Shown: piece after piece, positions 27,159 through 36,937 of the stretch
Layout of the letters: each line of letters starts with the position of its first letter
Position numbering within the stretch: the first letter of the stretch is position 1
Notes under the pieces: generated by a model
What the model saw: the letters and a program-made list of their open reading frames with translations, nothing else
Told to the model about the DNA's origin: nothing
Databases searched by the model: none
Program-made: the position numbers and the translations under genes
IMG/VR virus record: IMGVR_UViG_3300037419_000894
Span: 10,242 to 74,241 of that record
Length of the DNA stretch: 64,000 nt
Origin: a virus
Lineage: Duplodnaviria > Caudoviricetes
Direction: 5' to 3' (one strand)

Positions 27159-28088
27159 ATGAATTTGTTTTTAGCCGCGGTCTACACGAACAGCTACATG
27201 AAGACCCAAAATCGGTACTCAAAGCTTACCGAGGTTGAGCAGCGGATTATGGACCGAGTACCTCACATTCTGGAAAGTTTTCACTATGTCAACGGACAAA
27301 AATATGTCGACGTCATGCGGCAACAAGGTGCAAAAGTTTTTCTTGACTCTGGTGCTTTCTCCGCTCATTCTTTGGGCGTTAGCATCGATATTAATGCTTA
27401 TTGTGATTACATTATCCGCAATCGTGATATTCTACGGGTTGAGGATGGTGCAGTCATGGCTTCTGTACTTGACGGTATTGGTGACCCATTACAAACCTAC
27501 CGCAATCAGCTCTACATGGAAGCAATGGGTGCGAAGCCGTTGCCTTGCTTTCACTTTGGAGAAGACCCCCGTTACCTCGAATACTACGTTGCGAACTATG
27601 ACTACATCACCATCGGTGGCCTGGTTCGCAAAACTGCGCAAGACCAAAAAGTCTGGCTCGACCGCATCTGGCCGCTAATGCTCGACGGTAGCGGTAGACC
27701 GAAGCTTAAGGTGCACGCGTTCGGTATGACTGCGCCGTGGCTGATGGAGCGTTACCCTTGGTGGAGTGTGGACTCTTCGTCTTGGATTCAGGCTGCTGCA
27801 TTCGGCAGCATCTTCACCAGCGAGCACGGCCCAATTGCTGTGTCAAAGGACTCACCTGCAAAGCATGACGCAGGTCGCCATCTTAGTACGCTTAAAGACG
27901 TGGAACGGCAGGCAATTGAAATGATGCTTGACCTTAAAGGCTTCAACTTCGAGCGTTTGTCCACAGTCTACGAGTCGCGAGCTTGTTACAACACGCTCGG
28001 CTATATGGAACTGAACGATATCATTAACGACCGAATTTCCAGAAACGGCGGTCGGTTTGAAGTAGAACAAATACAAGAACTTTTCTAG
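27159..28088 (+). CDS. dpdA: DpdA-family DNA 7-deazaguanine transglycosylase (TGT fold)
   Basis: FLDSGAFS, VLDGIGD, PCFH-x-GE, IGGL, VHAFG, SVDSSSW; located in the que cluster. Confidence 0.85.
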   Translation: MNLFLAAVYTNSYMKTQNRYSKLTEVEQRIMDRVPHILESFHYVNGQKYVDVMRQQGAKVFLDSGAFSAHSLGVSIDINAYCDYIIRNRDILRVEDGAVMASVLDGIGDPLQTYRNQLYMEAMGAKPLPCFHFGEDPRYLEYYVANYDYITIGGLVRKTAQDQKVWLDRIWPLMLDGSGRPKLKVHAFGMTAPWLMERYPWWSVDSSSWIQAAAFGSIFTSEHGPIAVSKDSPAKHDAGRHLSTLKDVERQAIEMMLDLKGFNFERLSTVYESRACYNTLGYMELNDIINDRISRNGGRFEVEQIQELF

Positions 28089-28097
28089 GGAGTCAGT

Positions 28098-28370
28098 ATG
28101 GCAATCTATAACGACAACACGATGGACGTATTGTGTAACGGCAGGGTTGAACGTCGACCATGTATCCTGACTGCTCGCTTACCGCTGTCCCGCCCCAAGT
28201 CCATGACCACACCTCCTGACGTACAACCTGTGCTCCAACCGGGTGAGGATGTACAATACTTCAACGGCAGCCCAATCCCGCACATTGTCCCAATTCAATG
28301 GCCTGAGCCCGAGCGCTGCGGCACGCTGGTCGAGCGGATTAAGTGGGACGGAGTCGGAGGTGCGGAATGA
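28098..28370 (+). CDS. hypothetical protein
   Basis: GGGAG RBS; ATGA overlap with next gene. Confidence 0.55.
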   Translation: MAIYNDNTMDVLCNGRVERRPCILTARLPLSRPKSMTTPPDVQPVLQPGEDVQYFNGSPIPHIVPIQWPEPERCGTLVERIKWDGVGGAE

Positions 28371-28789
28371 GTGTGGTCAACCGGTTCAGCGGGGAGTACG
28401 CATTCCTGTCGAACTTCTACCCTTCACCAGTTGTGTTCATGGGCAAGGAATACGCAAGCGTTGAACATGGGTTCCAAGCGCACAAGATGACGACACCCAA
28501 AGACCATGAGCGGGTGCGCCTTGCTACCACTTCGGGGAACGCTAAGCGTATTGCGCGCGCTTACCCGATGCGTGAGGATTGGGACTTGATTCGGGAGGAC
28601 GTTATGCTTTATTTCCTGAAGCTCAAGTTTCAGATTCCCGACTTGCGCGCAGCACTCATCAAGACAGGTGATGCTCAGCTCATTGAAGGTAACACTTGGG
28701 GCGACACCTACTGGGGCATCTGCAAAGGCGAAGGGTTGAACCGCTTGGGCATATTGCTCATGCAAATACGTTCGGAGATTCAACAATGA
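28367..28789 (+). CDS. NADAR (YbiA-like) hydrolase
   Basis: FLSNFY, SVEHGFQAHK, KF...LIKTGDAQLIE, DTYWG, GLNRLGILLMQIR. Confidence 0.88.
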   Translation: MSVVNRFSGEYAFLSNFYPSPVVFMGKEYASVEHGFQAHKMTTPKDHERVRLATTSGNAKRIARAYPMREDWDLIREDVMLYFLKLKFQIPDLRAALIKTGDAQLIEGNTWGDTYWGICKGEGLNRLGILLMQIRSEIQQ

Positions 28790-29760
28790 CCGACATCCTC
28801 ACCGCACTCAAGTTCGTTCGCGGCAGTGTGGCGAAAAAGGACTTCGTGCCTGCGCTCAAGCATTTCGTCATCGAACATGGCCTGGTGCGCGGGTTCAACG
28901 GCGTGCTGGCGCTGTGCACGCCCATCCCTTTTGACATCTCCTGCAAACCACACGCTGAAACGCTTATCAAAGCGATTGCAAACTGCAAGGATACGGTGCA
29001 GCTGAGCTTGACACCTGCAGCCAGGCTTGCGGTCAAATCCGGCACATTCAAAGTGTTCGTCGACTGCATTCAAGAGGACACACCACATGCGATGCCTGAA
29101 GGTACGCATATTGCTATCGACGGGACTGCACTGCTTGCAGGCTTACAGGTTGTCGCACCTTTCATGAGTGACGATGCTGCTAGGCGTTGGTCCAATGGCG
29201 TGCTTGTGGCTGATAACTGCCTACAAGTCACCAACAACGTGATCGCTATCCAGCGCTGGGTCGGCTTCAGCTTCCCGCAACCGGTAACCATTCCAAGCGA
29301 AGCAGTCAAAGAAATGCTGCGCATTGGCGAGCCTCCGACGCACGCGCAATTGACGGACGGCAGCATAACGTTCCATTACGAGGGGAATCGCTGGCTGCGC
29401 ACCCAGCTTTACGAGTCGGACAAGTGGCCCGACTTTAACCGCATCCTGGATAACCCTGACGCGCTCTTAACAGCAATTGACGAAGAAATCTTTGTCGCTG
29501 CTGAGTCGCTTAAACCATTTGTCGAAAAAAGCGGTGCGCTGTACTTCAACATGCAGCAGTTGGCCACCAGTGCAGCGGAAGCTGGTGGCGAAGGCGCCAC
29601 CTACGACGTACCAAGCCTTATGAACGAAGGTAGCTATCACGTCGACCATCTGCTTCTACTGCAAGGTGTGGCCACACACATTGATTGGAACCTGTACCCT
29701 AAGGCTTGCATCTTCCAAGGTGAAATGCTGCGCGGTGCAATTATCGGGAGAAAACGGTGA
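28786..29760 (+). CDS. DNA polymerase beta sliding-clamp-like protein
   Basis: N terminus ALKFVRGSVAKKDFVPALKHF resembles phage DnaN-like clamps; 324 aa; lies upstream of the polymerase. Confidence 0.7.
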   Translation: MTDILTALKFVRGSVAKKDFVPALKHFVIEHGLVRGFNGVLALCTPIPFDISCKPHAETLIKAIANCKDTVQLSLTPAARLAVKSGTFKVFVDCIQEDTPHAMPEGTHIAIDGTALLAGLQVVAPFMSDDAARRWSNGVLVADNCLQVTNNVIAIQRWVGFSFPQPVTIPSEAVKEMLRIGEPPTHAQLTDGSITFHYEGNRWLRTQLYESDKWPDFNRILDNPDALLTAIDEEIFVAAESLKPFVEKSGALYFNMQQLATSAAEAGGEGATYDVPSLMNEGSYHVDHLLLLQGVATHIDWNLYPKACIFQGEMLRGAIIGRKR

Positions 29761-29948
29761 AACTGTTACTTAAGCCTGGCATCAAGCCTGGTAAGGCAAA
29801 GAAGCGCAAGTTCGTGTGTACGGGTGGACCATTTGACAAAGCAGAGCTTTATCTTGAATCTGGTTCAACAATGCACTTGAATGTAAAGGGTTTGCAGGGG
29901 CGCTATGTGAAGCATGGTGTCTCAACTCTAATATGGGAGACAAAATGA
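29757..29948 (+). CDS. hypothetical protein
   Basis: GTGA/ATGA overlaps. Confidence 0.5.
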   Translation: MKLLLKPGIKPGKAKKRKFVCTGGPFDKAELYLESGSTMHLNVKGLQGRYVKHGVSTLIWETK

Positions 29949-30349
29949 TTACAATCGACAAGGTGCTCATCTGTGGTGGGCGCGAGTTTGCAGATCAAGC
30001 TCTGTTTAACCACACTCTGCATTGCTTGCCCGCGCTCATTTCGGAGCACTTCAAAGGGCAGCGCAGGCTGGATAGCGAGTATTGCATCATTCAAGGTGAA
30101 GCTAAAGGCGCCGACCGCATGGCCAAAGTCTACGCCAAGTATGCTGGCCTACCTTGCATGGGGTTCGAAGCAAATTGGCACTACTACGAGAACGCAGCCG
30201 GGCCAATCCGTAATCGCTGGATGAAGAAGTTCGGGCAACCTCAAATTGGCTTGGCGTTCCCGGGCGGTAGTGGTACGCGGGACATGATGAAAGCGCTGGT
30301 TGCAGCGGGTGTCCCGGTATTTGATGTTGAAAAAAGCTGCTGGCTCTAA
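29945..30349 (+). CDS. SLOG-family (DUF2493/YspA-like) protein
   Basis: LICGGREF, IIQGEAKGAD, AAGPIRN, AFPGGSGT. Confidence 0.85.
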   Translation: MITIDKVLICGGREFADQALFNHTLHCLPALISEHFKGQRRLDSEYCIIQGEAKGADRMAKVYAKYAGLPCMGFEANWHYYENAAGPIRNRWMKKFGQPQIGLAFPGGSGTRDMMKALVAAGVPVFDVEKSCWL

Positions 30350-30398
30350 ACCCTACAGTGTTGGCCGTCACTCAATACGGTACTTATAGAGGAATAAG

Positions 30399-32648
30399 AT
30401 GTCACGACGTTCTGACGCCATTGGCATGTTTTGGGAGGACCATGCAAAAGTCAAACCTCCCAAGGTTGAAAAGGTAAAGCGTACTCCGCCGCATCCGTTT
30501 TGGCTTGAACCTGATTACTTGCCGAACTACGAGCAGGCACTGGCGTACAAGCCTGACTTGTTCTCGGACATGGAGCTCCTAGCTGCGCAGCAGCGCGGAG
30601 AGCGCTTGTCTTACGATATTGAGATCTACCCGAACTACGCTCTGTTCAGCTTTAAGGGTATTGATTGCGGCAAGGTGCTCATCATGGAGGTCCACCTAGA
30701 CCCTCTTGAACATCACGAATATCCCTTGGACATTCCCAAGCTGACATGGGTGCTCCATAACTTCTGCATCGTCAACTTCAATGGCCGCAAGTATGACTTC
30801 CCTGTGACCACACTCGTGCTTGCGGGGCACTACGATCCTGAGCAACTCTGGGACGCAACGGTCATGCTCATCGCTGAGCGATTGCAGCCTAAAGAGGTCT
30901 ACAAGAAGTACAAGACGCACGCGCTCAAGATTGACCAGATTGACCTTATTGAACTGACTGCACTTGCTCCCGGTTTGAAGGTGTGCGCTGGGCGCCTGCA
31001 TGCACCGCGCTTGCAAGACCTGCCATTCAAACCCGGTACGTATCTAACCCAGCAACAGATTGTTGTTCTTCGTTACTACAACATTAATGACTTGGACAAC
31101 ACAATCATTCTGCACAACAGTTTGATTGAACAGATTCAGTTGCGGGAAGCTGTCGGCAAGAAATACAATATTGATCTTCGCTCGCACTCAGATGCGCAGA
31201 TGGCGGAAGCCATTATGTCGAGTGAGATACGCAAGCTGAAGCGGATTAAGTATCTGCCGAAGCCTGTGGTCAACCCAGCGTTCGAACACAAGTACAAACC
31301 ACCAGCGTACATCCGGTTTCAGACTCCGCTCATGAACCATGTTATGAGTGTGGTCACAAATGCGGTGTTCAAAGTGGATGGCTTTACTGGTGAGGTTATC
31401 CCGCCGAAAGAATTTGACGATCTTGTTATCCGAATGGGTAACAGCAACTACAAGGTTGGCATCGGTGGCATGCACACGCAGGAAAAGAACGTTGCGCATG
31501 TAGCAGACGACGAGTACGAAGTGATTGACACTGACGTTACGTCGTACTACCCGTTCCTTATCCTGAATGCAGGCCTTGCACCAGCAGCCCTCGGCGTCGA
31601 CTTCTTGCGCGTGTTCCGGGCAATTGTTGAAGCGCGCGTGAAGGCTAAAGCTGCCGGCGACACGGTCACTGCTGACAGCCTTAAGATTGTTATTAACGGT
31701 ACGTTCGGTAAGCTTGGAAGCAAGTGGTCGATCATGTACTCACCTGACCTGTTGTTGCAAGTGACACTTACCGGCCAGTTGTCGATTCTCATGCTTGCTG
31801 AAGCATGCGAACTCAATGGCATCGAAGTTTGCTCGGTCAACACTGACGGTATTGTGGTCAAGTGCCACAAGTCCAAACGTGAATTCTTTAATTCGCTGGT
31901 CAAGTGGTGGGAACAGGCAACTGGCCTGAACACTGAGGAGACTCGCTACTGTGGCACATACAGCAAGGACGTGAACAACTACATTGCTGTCTACGAGAAA
32001 CCTCAGAAGGGTGAACTATTTAAAACGAAAGGTCTGTATGCGAAAACGTCGTCTAAAAAGAACGCGGTTAATGAGGTCTGCATTGACGCGGTCAAAGCGT
32101 TTATTCAAAACGGCACTGCGCCAGACGTTACAATCCGCGCATGTCGAGAGATTAAGAAGTTCACAACGATGCGCGCAGTTAGTGGTGGAGCTGTTAAGAT
32201 GTCAGGTAGCATGTATGACCCAAACGCTTCAGTACAAGAAATGCTGTCAGTTGTCCAGAAAAACGGATGGGTTCCATGGCATGCGGATAAATGGATTCAT
32301 CAGCCCTCCCATCAAAACTTGGACGAGGGCTGCACTCTTGCGGAGGCATACAAGTTGTGTTGCCCCGTCACCCAAGGCGAATACCTCGGGAAGCTCATAC
32401 GTTGGTACTATGCTGTTGACGCGCAGGGGGAAATCATATCTGCCAAGACTGGCAATAAAGTTGCGCGAACTGACAATGCGAAACCGCTGATGAACTTGCC
32501 TAGTGAGTTCCCGACCGACATCAATTATCAGTGGTACGTAGACGAAGCTAATAAGATCCTTAAGAAAGTCGGTTACCTTAAGGATGGACCAGTTGTGCCG
32601 GATGGGTCCGAGGAAGAGGAAGAAGATGACGAGGAGGAAACCGCTTAA
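30399..32648 (+). CDS. family B DNA polymerase with 3'-5' exonuclease
   Basis: ExoI YDIE, ExoII FNG-x-x-YD, ExoIII YNIND; motif A DVTSYYP, motif B KIVINGTFGK, motif C NTDG. Confidence 0.92.
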   Translation: MSRRSDAIGMFWEDHAKVKPPKVEKVKRTPPHPFWLEPDYLPNYEQALAYKPDLFSDMELLAAQQRGERLSYDIEIYPNYALFSFKGIDCGKVLIMEVHLDPLEHHEYPLDIPKLTWVLHNFCIVNFNGRKYDFPVTTLVLAGHYDPEQLWDATVMLIAERLQPKEVYKKYKTHALKIDQIDLIELTALAPGLKVCAGRLHAPRLQDLPFKPGTYLTQQQIVVLRYYNINDLDNTIILHNSLIEQIQLREAVGKKYNIDLRSHSDAQMAEAIMSSEIRKLKRIKYLPKPVVNPAFEHKYKPPAYIRFQTPLMNHVMSVVTNAVFKVDGFTGEVIPPKEFDDLVIRMGNSNYKVGIGGMHTQEKNVAHVADDEYEVIDTDVTSYYPFLILNAGLAPAALGVDFLRVFRAIVEARVKAKAAGDTVTADSLKIVINGTFGKLGSKWSIMYSPDLLLQVTLTGQLSILMLAEACELNGIEVCSVNTDGIVVKCHKSKREFFNSLVKWWEQATGLNTEETRYCGTYSKDVNNYIAVYEKPQKGELFKTKGLYAKTSSKKNAVNEVCIDAVKAFIQNGTAPDVTIRACREIKKFTTMRAVSGGAVKMSGSMYDPNASVQEMLSVVQKNGWVPWHADKWIHQPSHQNLDEGCTLAEAYKLCCPVTQGEYLGKLIRWYYAVDAQGEIISAKTGNKVARTDNAKPLMNLPSEFPTDINYQWYVDEANKILKKVGYLKDGPVVPDGSEEEEEDDEEETA

Positions 32649-32744
32649 AACGTGCTGTACGGTGCGCAGGGCGCGGGAGGGGGTTTGCTACGGGGTGCAG
32701 GGTTTGCGCAGCGCCTGCACCCCTTGCCGTGTGCGGCAGGGTCG

Positions 32745-33278
32745 TTACTTGCTCGTTGCTGCCGGTGCCTGCGCAAGCAGTTCGGTCTTGCGACCGCTGT
32801 CGTGGGTCGTGCCGAACCAGAAGGCCATGACCACACCCCAGCCGGTGCTCAGGGAACCAAGCATCAGTAGGAGCGCCTGGGAGTCCGACACCTTCAGCCA
32901 CCCCGTCATCATGCCGACGAGGATAAAGAAATACCCGAAGGTTACAGCGATCGACAGCGCTGCCGGCACCCATGAACGAGTAGCCTTCTGCATATCCCGG
33001 GCATCTTTGCGGTCTGCCGCCGCAATGGCTTCCAGGTCGGTAACATTCTTGAAGCCGAGTTCCTGCATCTGCAGCGCAAAGGTGTTGTCAGCATTCTTCA
33101 GCGCCAGCATCTGCTCTGGGGTTGCACCGGACAGCGCCTGCTTTAGCGTGTCGGCGGTTTTCTCGGACAGTCCAAGGGCCTTGCCCGCAGCTTCAACAGC
33201 CATGCCGCCCAACGGTCCACCAATTGCGGTGCCGATCCACGGCGCGACAGTTTTCAGGAGTGCAGAGAAGTCCATCAT
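32745..33278 (-). CDS. holin-like membrane protein (3TM-holin type)
   Basis: Gly-rich N terminus (APWIGTAIGGPLGG), DRKDARDMQ, two C-terminal TM helices, FWFG; adjacent to endolysin. Confidence 0.7.
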   Translation of the reverse strand: MMDFSALLKTVAPWIGTAIGGPLGGMAVEAAGKALGLSEKTADTLKQALSGATPEQMLALKNADNTFALQMQELGFKNVTDLEAIAAADRKDARDMQKATRSWVPAALSIAVTFGYFFILVGMMTGWLKVSDSQALLLMLGSLSTGWGVVMAFWFGTTHDSGRKTELLAQAPAATSK

Positions 33279-33691
33279 TTCACCTCCTTTCCAGCCTTAA
33301 GGTCAGCAATGCTTAGCCCGCCCGTGTACTGGCAGTGAGCGGTTTCCTTGAACGTCTTCCAGCGCCCAGCCCACTCCAGGCCGACACTTTCCGCGATTTG
33401 ACCACACTTCAGGTACAGTGCAGCGTCGCCCCATTGCGGTTTGCTACCAACCATCGGCACCCAATCAAAGGCGCAACGATAGTTGTGGTACGACTCACCA
33501 GCCCTGGCATTGGTGACAACCTTGCCCGGTTTGGTGCGACCCATCGCGTACAGACCTGCTTGGCACTCGTTGTCGCGATAGGTGCAATAGATCATCACTT
33601 GCACGCCCTGCTTCTCGCATGCTGCAAGAAACGCAAGAGCTTTCGTCCGGACTACCGGGAGCAGTTCTTCAAGGCTTCGACTGTCGATCAT
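33275..33691 (-). CDS. endolysin, M15 family (L-Ala-D-Glu peptidase type)
   Basis: TYRD-x-x-x-Q-x-x-LYA-x-GRT, TNA...SYHNY-x-x-AFD, LEWAG-x-W, AHCQ. Confidence 0.9.
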   Translation of the reverse strand: MIDSRSLEELLPVVRTKALAFLAACEKQGVQVMIYCTYRDNECQAGLYAMGRTKPGKVVTNARAGESYHNYRCAFDWVPMVGSKPQWGDAALYLKCGQIAESVGLEWAGRWKTFKETAHCQYTGGLSIADLKAGKEVK

Positions 33692-33875
33692 TTTGTTTCT
33701 CCATTTGCTCAAGCTGCCTTTGTTTCAGGCGGTTGTCCAGAATGCCGCCTCGGATCCGGATGCACATCCAAATAAACGCCGCGAGTGTGGTCAAACCGGG
33801 GACCAGGCCTAGCAAAGCGCTCACCCACGTAGTAATGGATAATACGTCAGCAAGATGCTTGAGGTCGTCGGTCAT
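33669..33875 (-). CDS. small single-TM lysis protein (holin/antiholin candidate)
   Basis: one hydrophobic helix and charged C terminus; overlaps endolysin start. Confidence 0.55.
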   Translation of the reverse strand: MTDDLKHLADVLSITTWVSALLGLVPGLTTLAAFIWMCIRIRGGILDNRLKQRQLEQMEKQNDRQSKP

Positions 33876-33941
33876 TTTAGGGCCTGAGAAGAAGTTGCGT
33901 GTTTGCAATTGTACGCTCCTGTAGCACCCTACGCAAGGATT

Positions 33942-34442
33942 TTACACAACAGTCCTGACCTCCAGTTTAATGGACAACTCATCCACCAATTCGCCAGGTG
34001 AAATCATACGACTGTGTTCGGACCATCCTGCCATCTCGTAGATTTGCACCGACCCGCCAGAACAGACAATGATCTTGCGCCAATGGATGAATATCTTGAG
34101 GCGTAACGCACATTTTAAACCGATGATTGGGAACGCGAGGAACCCGTAATCGATTTGTTTCGCTAACCAGTCGAACACTGCACGCTCAATGTCATCACGA
34201 TTCAAACCTGAAGGCGGGTCGCACACGTCGAAATTAGACAGTTGGGACACAGCGGTCAGATGATTGCGCCCACTGTTTAGGTCTGCTATAAATAGCCTCT
34301 CCCCTAACCACACTGCCACGCCTGTGTGGGTGTAAGGTGAATGGGTGAAGACCTGAGTGAGAGTTCCGAGGATGTTATGCACATCCCGCACAGCAATCAG
34401 GTCACCAGTTTGAATCTGAACGCGAGCAGCAGCATAATCCAT
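33942..34442 (-). CDS. YiiX/YebB-like permuted papain-like (NlpC/P60) protein
   Basis: TGDLI, YTHTG (His), YGF, VCS (Cys) in permuted order. Confidence 0.7.
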   Translation of the reverse strand: MDYAAARVQIQTGDLIAVRDVHNILGTLTQVFTHSPYTHTGVAVWLGERLFIADLNSGRNHLTAVSQLSNFDVCDPPSGLNRDDIERAVFDWLAKQIDYGFLAFPIIGLKCALRLKIFIHWRKIIVCSGGSVQIYEMAGWSEHSRMISPGELVDELSIKLEVRTVV

Positions 34443-34470
34443 GCGAAACTCCTATGTTTGGTTTGTTGTG

Positions 34471-35013
34471 TTAGATGCCCAGTTGAGTGCGAAGGTTTGA
34501 GATAAAGTTTGACCACACATCGACCGCAGAGGTCAGTTCTGCAGGTGTGGTAGCTGCGCGCATAGCGGACTGGCTGGCGAAACGCTGATTTCGCATCGCC
34601 AGCTTTGCGTTCGCGAATGCATCTGCTCTTTGAATGATTTGGTTAGCAGCCCATTGGTCGGTCTGCACTTCACCAGTCGGGTTATGAAGGGTGTAGCCGT
34701 GCACGTAATCGGATGCTGTACCGGTATAACCTGCCGCTGCGAAAGCACGCGCTTCCACTTCCGCATCCTTGTATTCTTCGGTGCGGTTGCCTACAGCATC
34801 CACATAAATACTGTCAACATCCGTGTAGCACTTGGCAATGGCGGCGCTCTTAAGCGCTTCGAGGTCAATTACATCCGGTACATCGACTTCATCAATCCCC
34901 ATAGCAGCCCGGTTATCTGCATCATAAAACCAACCTACCGGGTACTGAACATCGTCAATAATGTGGATGTGGTTGATGTCGAACGGCTCCCCGTTTCGTG
35001 TATATTGAATCAT
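34471..35013 (-). CDS. tail fibre assembly protein (DUF4376-like)
   Basis: IDLEALKSAAIAK...EYKDAE-x-EARAF...IR-x-x-R pattern; at end of tail operon. Confidence 0.6.
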   Translation of the reverse strand: MIQYTRNGEPFDINHIHIIDDVQYPVGWFYDADNRAAMGIDEVDVPDVIDLEALKSAAIAKCYTDVDSIYVDAVGNRTEEYKDAEVEARAFAAAGYTGTASDYVHGYTLHNPTGEVQTDQWAANQIIQRADAFANAKLAMRNQRFASQSAMRAATTPAELTSAVDVWSNFISNLRTQLGI

Positions 35014-35022
35014 TGTTATTCC

Positions 35023-36066
35023 TTAGAAGAAGGCTGCGAAATTTGGAAGAGCCTTGTAGAAGGTAATGCCCGTGTTGTTGCCAAGGTCCGTGCTAGCACG
35101 GCCAACAAACGTACTGGTGGGGGAGAAGCCAATGTCCTTGATTGAACAGTAGTCTAGGTAGACAGTACCGCCACCAGTTTTAGTCAAGAATGCTCGGTTA
35201 CCTGCTGTGCCTGATTGCAGAGTGATCCCGTTCCCTGCCACCCCCGTAATGGAGAACGATGCAGCTGTCAGCGTTCCGCCTGACATAAAGCGAACGGTAC
35301 ATCCGGGTTGCACTGTCACACTACTGAACGTGTTAGCATTAACAAACGTCACTCCACCTGAGCCTGTGGCTGAAATTACAATTGCTGTATTTCCAGATGT
35401 ACCAGAAATCTTACCATACAGCTGCTTCGCGGTTGCACTGGTATCTGTGATATTCACAGTACACCCTGCCCCGCTGGTAACGGTCAACCAAGTATCATCA
35501 AACACTGTTCCTGAGCCTGTGAAGGTCCAAGTACCACTGCCCATGTTTACAGTGACCGTTGCGGCAGACGTATTAGTCAGCTTACCCAATGTGAAGCTGT
35601 ACCCGCTGGCGTTGATTGTATAGGGTAGCTCTGTAGTGGCGTCTGTATCAAGTGCTTTATCAAGCGTTACGTTTCCAGTTACGACAACATTAGATGCAAG
35701 GGTTAGTCCTGTCGCCACACCCAACGTACCAATAGAAACATTAGCTGCGGTTAGAGTGACTACATTAGTATTGCCGAGCTGCTGGTCAACATTTAGTGTA
35801 GCCACACTAACCATGCCCGACAGATTGCACACAGTTCCGTAAGCACCGATAGTCCCTGAGAACGTCATTGCTGCCGCCCCGGTGGTGTTAATATTCTGAA
35901 CTGAGATGTTCCCCGAGATAGTCCTTGCGGACCCGGAGTTGGCGTCAAAGATTGCCGTGTCGTTAATCGTCGGCTTCGACCCGTTGGAAGCTCCACCAGA
36001 AGTGTTAGACCATCCCCCTGTTACGTTTAGGTCAGTAAGGGATGGAAGTGCATACATTGTCGCCAT
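35023..36066 (-). CDS. putative tail fibre / beta-helical receptor-binding protein
   Basis: Gly/Thr/Ser-rich beta-solenoid-like sequence (WSNTSGG, DTAIFDANSG, GTWTFTGSGTV). Confidence 0.6.
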   Translation of the reverse strand: MATMYALPSLTDLNVTGGWSNTSGGASNGSKPTINDTAIFDANSGSARTISGNISVQNINTTGAAAMTFSGTIGAYGTVCNLSGMVSVATLNVDQQLGNTNVVTLTAANVSIGTLGVATGLTLASNVVVTGNVTLDKALDTDATTELPYTINASGYSFTLGKLTNTSAATVTVNMGSGTWTFTGSGTVFDDTWLTVTSGAGCTVNITDTSATAKQLYGKISGTSGNTAIVISATGSGGVTFVNANTFSSVTVQPGCTVRFMSGGTLTAASFSITGVAGNGITLQSGTAGNRAFLTKTGGGTVYLDYCSIKDIGFSPTSTFVGRASTDLGNNTGITFYKALPNFAAFF

Positions 36067-36076
36067 TGTCCACCTC

Positions 36077-36937
36077 TTACATATTGTTGATCGCTGCGAT
36101 CAAGTCCCATTTAGTGTCAGCAGCGTTGTAGATAAAGCCAAGATACAACGTCTTGCCCACGACGGTAGTGGACGGGAAAGGTAGTTCGACTGATGCACGA
36201 TAAATGGCATTATATGCGATTGTTCGTGCTACGCCGTTGTCTTTGATTCGGTACATCAAACCTTGACCGTCAGATGGCGTCCCCGTTGGGGCTCCAATAG
36301 TCAACGAGCCTGCAAGTGCAGTAATAACGTAGAGGTCTGTTGTCGCGATATTCGGATTTGGGGCCGTGTTTGAAGCTACGCTAGTTACACGGCGAACCAA
36401 TGTGCCCGGAGGGCCGATGTCACCTGTGCGCTGGAAGTACAGTAGGACAGCGTCCCCGTTAACAAAAGGGCTGGAAGAACTGCCGCCTACATTGACAACA
36501 GTAAGAGTGTGATATCCACCCGGTCTACCTACCGCTGTGACATTAAATGTCTGCCATTTTGTTGGGTCGGAAACTTTTACGATTCGCACTGCGCCTTTAA
36601 CTACGCTAGACGATGCGTCCATGTTATCTAGATCGCCCGCATGGGTAGTCCCATCAGAACCAAGATCATCCAGTACAAGCGTTGTAGCAGTGTACTGCAA
36701 GGTAGCTTGGTTCATCCTCATTTTGCCGTTACCCGGATCACTAACGGTCGTATTGATGTCGAACGTGTACGGAATCGCATACGCCCCGCCTGCTGCAATG
36801 CTATTCAAGTTAGCAGCAAGCGCATTTGCATCACTAACGAAAGTAGGCAGTGCAGCAATCCAGGTGTTCATCGTCGCCACATAAGTGGCGGAATCCATCA
36901 GGCGGGTCGGAGCCGGAGGAAGGAGTGTGATAGCCAT
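36077..36937 (-). CDS. minor tail protein
   Basis: position in tail operon; C-terminal GTPSDGQGLMYRIKDNGVARTI...KWDLIA module typical of fibre-like virion proteins. Confidence 0.65.
   Translation of the reverse strand: MAITLLPPAPTRLMDSATYVATMNTWIAALPTFVSDANALAANLNSIAAGGAYAIPYTFDINTTVSDPGNGKMRMNQATLQYTATTLVLDDLGSDGTTHAGDLDNMDASSSVVKGAVRIVKVSDPTKWQTFNVTAVGRPGGYHTLTVVNVGGSSSSPFVNGDAVLLYFQRTGDIGPPGTLVRRVTSVASNTAPNPNIATTDLYVITALAGSLTIGAPTGTPSDGQGLMYRIKDNGVARTIAYNAIYRASVELPFPSTTVVGKTLYLGFIYNAADTKWDLIAAINNM

Noticed and set aside
23084-28088. Queuosine tRNA modification (auxiliary metabolic) role
   Set aside because: No queF or queA; the only intact tRNA (Phe GAA) is not a Q substrate; the TGT-fold protein resembles phage DpdA.
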